Part shown: positions 55,603 to 64,000 of the stretch, piece after piece
How positions within the stretch are numbered: the first letter of the stretch is position 1
How the letters are laid out: every line of letters begins with the position of its first letter
Assembly (NCBI GenBank): GCA_963662585.1
Contig: OY759729.1
Span: 3,200,001 to 3,264,000, forward strand
DNA: 64,000 nucleotides
DNA from: Candidatus Cloacimonadales bacterium
GTDB lineage: Bacteria; Cloacimonadota; Cloacimonadia; Cloacimonadales; JAFGVF01
Reading direction: 5' to 3'
The notes under the pieces: model-generated
The model's input: the letters and a program-made list of their open reading frames with translations, nothing else
Told to the model about the DNA's origin: nothing
Database searches by the model: none
Position numbers and translations under genes: made by a program

Positions 55603-57936
55603 ATGCTAAATTATAAGATATCAGTAAAGGATTTAATAGCTTTCTATTATTGCGAAGGCTCTATATCTTCAACATTTTTAGGGAAGTCCCGAGCTTTACT
55701 TGGGACTTCTATTCATAAAAAGCTACAAGACTCTAGGCCTGATAATTATATCAAAGAATTGTTCTTGCAAGATATTATTACTTCCGATACATTTACTTTA
55801 AAGATTTCTGGACGAGCTGATGGACTTTATCAACCCCTTAATAAAGAGTTAGCTATTGTTGAGGAAATCAAATCTACTTATCTTGATTTAGAGCATTTAA
55901 AAGAGAATCCTAGTAAATACCATCTCGCTCAGGTTATGGTCTATTGCTACCTCTATTTAAGAGATGTGGAAGCTACTGAAATACAAGCACACCTTACTTA
56001 TTATAACCTAAAAACTAAAGAGCAACTTATAATTAAGAAAGAATATTCACAAGATAGTTTAGAATTTTTCTATAATCAACTGAAAGAAAAGTATATAGCC
56101 TGGATAAAAGCACTTTCTGATGCTGAATTACTTCGCAACTCTTCTCTGCTTGATTTAGCATTTCCTTTCCAAGATTTACGCGAAGGTCAAAGGAAAATGA
56201 TGGTAGGAGTATATAAGAGTATTGAGAAATCTTCTGCTATCAGAATCCAAGCTCCTACGGGAATTGGTAAAACTATGGCAGTCATCTATCCTGCCCTAAA
56301 AACTCTTGCCACAGGCTTAAATAAGAAACTCTTCTACCTAACTACTAAAGGCACTATTGCTGATGTAGCAGAGTATTCTTGTCGGCTTCTTATTAATCAA
56401 GGAGCAAAGTTTAGAGCAGTTTTCCTTTCAGCTAAGTCTAAAATATGCTTTAATCCTGAGAAAAGTTGTGATGGAAATGATTGTTTATACGCTAAAAATT
56501 ATTATGATAAGTTAGATAAAATGAGATATGAAGTTTTTGAGCATAATCTCTTCACTAAGAATGTTATAGAGGAGATAGCTAGAAAATATGAAGTTTGTCC
56601 TTTTGAATTAGCTTTAGACTTTTCTTTATCCTGTGATTTAATTGTTGGTGATTGCAATTACTTCTTTGATGGTAAAGCAAAATTGCAAAGATATTTTACC
56701 GAAATAACAGAAGATTATACTCTCTTATGCGATGAAGCTCATAACCTTCCAGAGAGAGTCAGAAATAGCTATTCAGCAGATATTAACAGAGATAAGTTAG
56801 TTGAAATCAAGAAAGAAATTAACTCTGCTCCTAAAGAAATTAAGAATCTCGTCAGAGACTTGAACAAGCTGATGCTTGAAGATGAGAAGAAGCATGAATG
56901 GGGGGATTGGATAATTTCTGAGGTTGATTCTCAAGTCCTGCGAGCTGTTAATAAATATTTAGCACTAATGGATGCTTGGCTAGCACAAAACCCCAAATCT
57001 GACGCTAAAATAGCTCTCTTAGATTTATACTTTTACTTCAATGACTTTCTCCGAATCTATAACAATATAGATAAGAATTTCGTTCTTTATATTCAAAAAA
57101 CTAAAAGAATTCGTTATAAGATTTATTGCTTAGATCCTGCTCCGATCATTGGGGATTTAACATCTCAAGTGAGGAGTATTATCTATTTCTCTGCTACTCT
57201 AGAACCTGATGATTATTTTGCTTATCTGCTTAAAGCTAGTACAAAAGAGAATTATGCACTTACGCTAGATTCCCTATACCCTGCAGAAAATATGTGTGTG
57301 ATTTATGATAGAATTATTGATACTACATATAAATATAGAGACCAATATTATAGTCAAATTGCTGATAAGATAGCTCACACTGTGCAAGCTTATTCAGGTA
57401 ATTATATAGTCTTTTTTCCTTCTTACAAATATCTTGAGAGTGTCTATGAATTAGCAAAAGATCAACTGTCAGAGAGTAAGCTAATTAAACAAGCTACTGA
57501 GCTAACTGCAGAAGATCGAAATATTATTCTTTCCAGCTTTGAGGGGAATAATATTGTCCTTTTTGCTGTATCAGGTGGCTTTTTTGCAGAAGGGATAGAC
57601 CTGCAAGGTGATTTAGTTAAGGCGTGTATAATAGTAGGTATTTCTCTTCCGATGGTAAGCTTTGAACGAAAACTTATTTCAGACTACTACGACCAAGAAG
57701 GTAAGAATGGTTTTGATTATGCCTATAAATTTCCTGCTTTAACTAAAGTAATTCAAGCTGGAGGACGACTGATTAGGAGAGAAACTGATACTGGGGTCTT
57801 GCTTCTTTTAGATAAAAGATTTTTGCATCCTAACTACAAGAAGTACTTACCTGAGAATTGGTGGAGTAACTATGTCGCAACTGACAGTGAAGATATTACA
57901 AATGTAATTAATGATTGGAAAAAAAATCGTAAATAG
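55603..57936 (+). CDS. XPD/DinG-type Fe-S helicase with an N-terminal PD-(D/E)xK (Cas4/RecB-like) nuclease domain
   Basis: GTSIH, GRADG, EEIKS, QVMVY; then APTGIGKT, four Cys (KICF, SCDG, DCLY, VCPFE), DEAHN, FSATL and QAGGRLIR. Confidence 0.85.
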   Translation: MLNYKISVKDLIAFYYCEGSISSTFLGKSRALLGTSIHKKLQDSRPDNYIKELFLQDIITSDTFTLKISGRADGLYQPLNKELAIVEEIKSTYLDLEHLKENPSKYHLAQVMVYCYLYLRDVEATEIQAHLTYYNLKTKEQLIIKKEYSQDSLEFFYNQLKEKYIAWIKALSDAELLRNSSLLDLAFPFQDLREGQRKMMVGVYKSIEKSSAIRIQAPTGIGKTMAVIYPALKTLATGLNKKLFYLTTKGTIADVAEYSCRLLINQGAKFRAVFLSAKSKICFNPEKSCDGNDCLYAKNYYDKLDKMRYEVFEHNLFTKNVIEEIARKYEVCPFELALDFSLSCDLIVGDCNYFFDGKAKLQRYFTEITEDYTLLCDEAHNLPERVRNSYSADINRDKLVEIKKEINSAPKEIKNLVRDLNKLMLEDEKKHEWGDWIISEVDSQVLRAVNKYLALMDAWLAQNPKSDAKIALLDLYFYFNDFLRIYNNIDKNFVLYIQKTKRIRYKIYCLDPAPIIGDLTSQVRSIIYFSATLEPDDYFAYLLKASTKENYALTLDSLYPAENMCVIYDRIIDTTYKYRDQYYSQIADKIAHTVQAYSGNYIVFFPSYKYLESVYELAKDQLSESKLIKQATELTAEDRNIILSSFEGNNIVLFAVSGGFFAEGIDLQGDLVKACIIVGISLPMVSFERKLISDYYDQEGKNGFDYAYKFPALTKVIQAGGRLIRRETDTGVLLLLDKRFLHPNYKKYLPENWWSNYVATDSEDITNVINDWKKNRK

Positions 57937-58000
57937 TGAGTTAATTCTTAACAGAATTTGTATAACATTGTTATAATTAAAAATTTAGGAGTGTTAAGTT

Positions 58001-58294
58001 GTGAGTTCTAATTTTATTTTGTTTGGATTTCGAAGTTTATTTATTATTCTTCTTATTGAAAACTATTATTTTAGGTTTAAGAATAAAAGCCTATATTCAA
58101 GATTCAAAGATACAGCATTTTGGCAGTTATTACTAGGCTTTCTTTTGCTTAATAACAGTATTGATAATGCCAAAACAATATTGAGTATCATGCAGACATC
58201 GATTATTGTTTTATTTTGTATATTTCTAATAGAATTAATTAAGATTCGCATGATTAAAAGAAAGAACAGTAAACAAACAGAAAATCCCAACTAA
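58001..58294 (+). CDS. Small hypothetical membrane protein
   Basis: GTG start after AGGAG, three hydrophobic stretches and a basic C-terminal tail. Confidence 0.5.
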   Translation: MSSNFILFGFRSLFIILLIENYYFRFKNKSLYSRFKDTAFWQLLLGFLLLNNSIDNAKTILSIMQTSIIVLFCIFLIELIKIRMIKRKNSKQTENPN

Positions 58295-58396
58295 TAATTC
58301 AATAAAAAAAGTTTTTCCTTTACAAAAACCACCCCTTTGTATAAATGGATAGGACTTATATGAAATAAGTAGAAATAATAAAAATAGGAGGCTGAA

Positions 58397-58666
58397 ATGG
58401 CTTTAACAACAGAAGCTAAATTGGCTGTCATGGCAGAGTATAAACTCCATGATTTAGATACTGGTTCACCTGAAGTGCAAATTGCGATTATGACTAAGAG
58501 AATTCAAGAATTAACTGAACATTTAAAAGTTCACAGAAAAGATTTCTCTTCAAGAAGAGGTCTTTTAGTTATCATCGGTAAAAGAAGAAGATTACTTAAT
58601 TATTTAATTAAAATCGATGTTGAAAGATATCGTACAATTATTAAAGCTTTAGGAATCAGAAAGTAG
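58397..58666 (+). CDS. rpsO: 30S ribosomal protein S15
   Basis: [26 protein letters not shown] and KRRRLLNYL. Confidence 0.97.
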   Translation: MALTTEAKLAVMAEYKLHDLDTGSPEVQIAIMTKRIQELTEHLKVHRKDFSSRRGLLVIIGKRRRLLNYLIKIDVERYRTIIKALGIRK

Positions 58667-58680
58667 TTTAAAAAGAACAA

Positions 58681-58711
58681 TAAAAGGGGATTTAAATCCC
58701 CTTTTATCTTT
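58681..58711 (+). terminator. rpsO terminator
   Basis: TAAAAGGGGATT/AATCCCCTTTTA stem with a U-rich tail. Confidence 0.8.
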
Positions 58712-58729
58712 AATAAGTACAAACAAGGA

Positions 58730-58799
58730 GACCGGTTTAGGAGCAATACACTGAATATGTTTAGTTTAGATGTATTTAGTATATTGCTTTTCTCCGGTC
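58730..58799 (+). promoter_or_regulatory. Long stem-loop in the pnp leader (candidate RNase III autoregulatory site)
   Basis: Nested GACCGG/CCGGTC, AGCAATA/TATTGCT and ACTGAATAT/GTATTTAGT pairings. Confidence 0.6.
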
Positions 58800-58823
58800 C
58801 AAAATAATGCAATAGGAGAAAAT

Positions 58824-61109
58824 ATGCATAATTTTAATATTACTAAAAAGTCATTTGATTTAAATGGCTACACAATCACTGCTGAAACCGGAAAAATAGC
58901 TAGACAAGCTAACGGTTCAATTTTTATTTCCCAAGGCGATACTACCCTTTTAGTTACTGCAACTATGGGTAAAAAAGCTAATGAAGGTACTGACTTCTTC
59001 CCTCTAACTGTAGATTATGTAGAAAAGATGTATGCGGCTGGTAAAGTTCCTGGTGGATTCATCAAAAGAGAAGCTAGACCAAGTAATGATGCTACTTTAA
59101 CTGCCCGTGTTATTGATAGAGCACTTAGACCAATGTTTCCTGATGGATTCAGAAATCCTGTTCATGTAGTTGTTACTATTCTTGCTTATGATGCAATTAA
59201 TAGTCCTGCTATGCTCGGTTTAATCGGTGCTTCTTTAGCATTAACAATTTCAGATATTCCTTTTAATGGTCCTATTGCTGGTGTTTCAGTTGGTTTCCTT
59301 GATGGAAAACCTGTAGTGAACCCTCCAGTTGATTTTCTTAATAATGAATCAGACTTACATTTAAGTTTAGCTGGTTCAGCTACTTCTATTTGTATGATAG
59401 AATCTTCAGCTAATGAACTCTCAGAAGATCAAATGGTAGAATCAGTATTTGCTGGATTAGAAAAAATCAAAGAGTTAGTTCAATGGCAGTTAGAATTTGC
59501 TAAAGATTGTTCAAAAGAAAAAAGTGAAATAGTTTATGATGTTATTCCTGAAGATATCTTAAAAGATGTTGAGAGTAAATATCAAGATAAAGTTTCTGCA
59601 GCAGCAGTAATCAAAGGTAAACTAGCTCGAGATGAAGCTTTTGAAGCCGTAAAAGAAGAGTTGTTAGAAAATTATCTTAATGAACTTGGAGAAGAAGCTT
59701 TTGCTGAAAATGAAAGAAATTATAAAAATGCTTATGAAGAATTGATTAAAAAAAGCGTTAGACATGCTATTTTATATAAAAAACATCGTGTAGATGGTAG
59801 AGGCTTAGATGATATTAGAGCCATTTCTTGTGAAGTTGATACTCTCCCAAGAGTTCATGGATCTGCTTTATTTACTCGTGGAGAAACACAGTCTTTAGGT
59901 ACTGTTACTTTAGCAGGTGCTGATTCTATGCAGATCGTTGATGGTCTTTCAGAAGAATATAAAAAAGATTTTTATCTCCATTACAACTTCCCTCCTTACA
60001 GTGTTGGTGAAGCTGGTTTTATGAGAGGTCCAGGTAGAAGAGAACTTGGTCATGGTAATTTAGCTGAGACAGCTCTAGCTCCTATTATTCCTTCTAAAGC
60101 AGATTTCCCTTATACAATAAGAGTTGTTTCAGATATTACAGAATCTAATGGTTCTTCTTCTCAAGCTACTATTTGTAGTGGTACTTTAGCCTTAATGGCT
60201 GCTGGTGTCCCTATTAAAGCACCTGTTGCAGGTATTGCTAATGGACTTATCATGGAAGGAAACGACTATGTAGTTCTAACTGATATTATGGGTTTAGAAG
60301 ATCACTTAGGTGATATGGATTTCAAAGTAGCAGGTACTAGAGAAGGTATTACAGCTATGCAGATGGATATCAAAATTTCTGGTATCACAGAAGAAATTAT
60401 GAAAGAAGCTCTTCAAAAAGCTAATGTAGCTAGACTCTACATTCTTGATAAAATGGAAGCATGTATTCCAGAACCAAGAAAAGATCTTAACGAATTTGCT
60501 CCAAGAATTGAATCTCTTCAAGTACCAGTGGATAAAATTGGTGAAGTTATTGGTCAAGGTGGTAAAACAATTAAGAGTATTATTGAGCAGACAGGTGTTG
60601 ATATTAATATCGATGATGATGGTACTGTGAATATTCTTAGTTCTGATAAAAAAGCTCTTGATAGTGCTAAGGCAATGATAAAAAATATCGTAGATATGCC
60701 AAAATATGGCGAAATCTATGAAGGTCTTGTATCTAGAGTAGAAGGCTACGGTGTCTTTGTTAAAATCATGGGTGGCTTCAAAGAAGGTCTCTGTCATATT
60801 TCAAATATGCACACTGATAGAGTAGCTCATCCAGAAGATATTTGTACTGTTGGTGATACTGTCTATGTAGAGTTAAAAGCAATTGAACAAGGTAAAATTA
60901 ATCTCTCAATGAAAGGTATTCCTGGAAATCCAGAACACAAGCCAGACCCAAATAGACCTAAAGAAGAAGCTCGTAGTGGTGGCAGAAATGACCGCTATGA
61001 TAATAACAGAGGTAGAGACAACCGTGGTGGTGGTCGTGATAACAGAAGCAGAGATAACAGAAGTAGAGATAGCAGACCTTCTCATAATAATAGAAATAAT
61101 GATAACTAA
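58824..61109 (+). CDS. pnp: Polyribonucleotide nucleotidyltransferase
   Basis: FFPLTVDY, RELGHG, ESNGSSS, EDHLGDMDFKVAG, KH and S1 domains. ATG at 58824 follows AGGAG. Confidence 0.97.
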   Translation: MHNFNITKKSFDLNGYTITAETGKIARQANGSIFISQGDTTLLVTATMGKKANEGTDFFPLTVDYVEKMYAAGKVPGGFIKREARPSNDATLTARVIDRALRPMFPDGFRNPVHVVVTILAYDAINSPAMLGLIGASLALTISDIPFNGPIAGVSVGFLDGKPVVNPPVDFLNNESDLHLSLAGSATSICMIESSANELSEDQMVESVFAGLEKIKELVQWQLEFAKDCSKEKSEIVYDVIPEDILKDVESKYQDKVSAAAVIKGKLARDEAFEAVKEELLENYLNELGEEAFAENERNYKNAYEELIKKSVRHAILYKKHRVDGRGLDDIRAISCEVDTLPRVHGSALFTRGETQSLGTVTLAGADSMQIVDGLSEEYKKDFYLHYNFPPYSVGEAGFMRGPGRRELGHGNLAETALAPIIPSKADFPYTIRVVSDITESNGSSSQATICSGTLALMAAGVPIKAPVAGIANGLIMEGNDYVVLTDIMGLEDHLGDMDFKVAGTREGITAMQMDIKISGITEEIMKEALQKANVARLYILDKMEACIPEPRKDLNEFAPRIESLQVPVDKIGEVIGQGGKTIKSIIEQTGVDINIDDDGTVNILSSDKKALDSAKAMIKNIVDMPKYGEIYEGLVSRVEGYGVFVKIMGGFKEGLCHISNMHTDRVAHPEDICTVGDTVYVELKAIEQGKINLSMKGIPGNPEHKPDPNRPKEEARSGGRNDRYDNNRGRDNRGGGRDNRSRDNRSRDSRPSHNNRNNDN

Positions 61110-61120
61110 GGTATATATAA

Positions 61121-62527
<1,407 letters not shown>

Positions 62528-62570
62528 AGTAAAAGAAAAATACAAAAAGCAGTAATATTATTTAGGAAAA

Positions 62571-62600
62571 AATAGGGGGGAGCACTCCCCTCTATTTCCT
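62571..62600 (+). terminator. Hairpin between ahcY and the NusG paralog
   Basis: AATAGGGGGGA-GCAC-TCCCCTCTATT with a short pyrimidine tail. Confidence 0.6.
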
Positions 62601-62629
62601 ACATGAATATTAATGAGGTAATAGAATAG

Positions 62630-63184
62630 ATGGCAACGCATAAACCAGTTTTTGTTGATGAACTTTTTGGTACTTTAGAACTTGATCCCTCAGGTTCTCA
62701 GAAGTGGTTTGTCATAAAAACTAAACATCAAAGTGAGAAGAAATTAGCTCAATGGGCTAAAGATAACTCTATTGAATATTATCTACCCCAATATACCAAA
62801 ACTTCAAAGTACCAATATCGAAAAGTTGAAACAACTAAAGCTCTTTTTACAGGTTATATTTTTATCAAAATGAATTATGATCAGAAGTTAACAATGCTTC
62901 GTCCAGGCCTCATAGTAAGAATAATTCCGGTTAAACATCAAGAATTTCTTCTAGAAGAACTGCAAAGGTTCTACTTTATTAAAGAAAAAGGATATACCTT
63001 ACTTCCAGCAAATATCTTAGAGAAAGGGACTAAAGTTAAGGTAATGACTGGAGCATTAGCAGGTACTCTTGGCTTTGTTTTAGAAGGAGATAATCCAAAC
63101 AAAATCATTATTACAGCAAACATCATAAATCAAGCAGTAGAGGTTACTTTACAAAATGAAAATCTTCAAATAGTTGAGGAGTAA
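62630..63184 (+). CDS. NusG paralog (UpxY/RfaH-like antiterminator)
   Basis: KWFVIKTK...EKKL, YYLP, LFTGYIF and KOW motif [13 protein letters not shown]; directly upstream of galE. Confidence 0.85.
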   Translation: MATHKPVFVDELFGTLELDPSGSQKWFVIKTKHQSEKKLAQWAKDNSIEYYLPQYTKTSKYQYRKVETTKALFTGYIFIKMNYDQKLTMLRPGLIVRIIPVKHQEFLLEELQRFYFIKEKGYTLLPANILEKGTKVKVMTGALAGTLGFVLEGDNPNKIIITANIINQAVEVTLQNENLQIVEE

Positions 63185-63189
63185 AAACT

Positions 63190-64000
63190 ATGAAATTATT
63201 ACTTACTGGTGGTGCGGGTTATATTGGAAGCCATACATGTATAGAATTGCAGAATATGAATATAGAAGTTATTGTTATAGATAATTTATCAAACAGCTCA
63301 TATCATTCACTAGAGAGAGTTCAAAGTATAACTAATAAAGAAATTACTTTCATTGAGGGAGATGTAAGAGATAAAGAACTTCTCAGAAGTATATTTAAGA
63401 ATGGTGATATTGAAGGAGTAATTCATTTTGCAGGATTAAAAGCTGTAGGTGAATCTAATGAGATTCCTTTAGAATATTATGATAATAATCTTAACTCAAC
63501 TATTACCCTATTACAGGTGATGGATGAATTTAATTGTAATAATTTAATATTTAGCTCTTCTGCAACTGTTTATGGAAATCCAGAAAAATTACCAATAACT
63601 GAGTCTTTTCCTTTATCTGTAACAAATCCTTATGGAAGAACCAAACTTATGATAGAAGATATATTAAGAGATTTTCATAAAGTAAATACTAACTGGAATA
63701 TTGTTCTTCTAAGATACTTTAATCCAGTAGGTGCTCATCCAAGTGGACTCATAGGGGAAGACCCCAATGGAATTCCTAATAATCTGCTTCCCTATATTAC
63801 CCAAGTTGCAGTTGGTAAGTTAGAGAAATTAAATATTTTTGGTGATGATTATGCTACCCCTGATGGAACTGGAGTTAGAGATTTTATCCATGTCGTAGAT
63901 TTAGCTAAAGGACATGTGGCTGCTTTGCAAAAGTTCAAAATAGCTTCAGGTTTGAATACCTATAACTTAGGGACAGGACAAGGTTATAGTGTTTTGGAAA
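63190..64000 (+). CDS. galE: UDP-glucose 4-epimerase (5' part, truncated by the window edge; absent from the ORF track)
   Basis: [53 protein letters not shown] and [11 protein letters not shown]. Confidence 0.95.
   Translation, partial: MKLLLTGGAGYIGSHTCIELQNMNIEVIVIDNLSNSSYHSLERVQSITNKEITFIEGDVRDKELLRSIFKNGDIEGVIHFAGLKAVGESNEIPLEYYDNNLNSTITLLQVMDEFNCNNLIFSSSATVYGNPEKLPITESFPLSVTNPYGRTKLMIEDILRDFHKVNTNWNIVLLRYFNPVGAHPSGLIGEDPNGIPNNLLPYITQVAVGKLEKLNIFGDDYATPDGTGVRDFIHVVDLAKGHVAALQKFKIASGLNTYNLGTGQGYSVLE

Noticed and set aside
55603..56200. Cas4 or a CRISPR-associated DinG
   Set aside because: The nuclease domain is fused to an XPD-type helicase, with no array or other cas genes nearby.
61110..61120. 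SAH riboswitch upstream of ahcY
   Set aside because: Only 11 bp separate pnp and ahcY.

Overview
Low-GC bacterial chromosome segment, most likely Candidatus Cloacimonadota. This is an inference from the C-terminal NYPNPFNPET...KKMILMK FlgD/T9SS-like sorting domains on three giant proteins, plus a divergent copy on a fourth. In order, the window holds: a PTS-IIA / CPA2 / PII-like / CPA2 antiporter operon; pdxJ-kbl-rsmI; a six-tRNA cluster; an accessory block of three giant secreted multidomain proteins (two tandem paralogs sharing a near-identical 2.6-kb 3' end, and one behind a TrmB regulator); a dcw cluster with a MurE-MurF fusion that runs on into lpxB and a DUF374/LpxJ-like gene; a secreted Ntn-hydrolase; an NlpC/P60 lipoprotein; trmFO; a REP-rich intergenic patch; hutI; ABC-F; a nuclease-helicase; rpsO-pnp-ahcY; and the start of a NusG-paralog/galE polysaccharide locus. 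The most notable unexplained signal is a three-copy, oriented, non-coding element near 7.0, 26.3 and 48.8 kb. It has inverted TGCTCCTT...AAGGAGCA arms separated by exactly 34 bp of conserved pseudo-palindromic core, flanked by 11-bp-periodic hexamer arrays. It resembles a site-specific recombination or nucleoprotein site and sits at accessory/core boundaries. No CRISPR array, rRNA, integrase or transposase gene was seen. All calls are by eye, without database searches.
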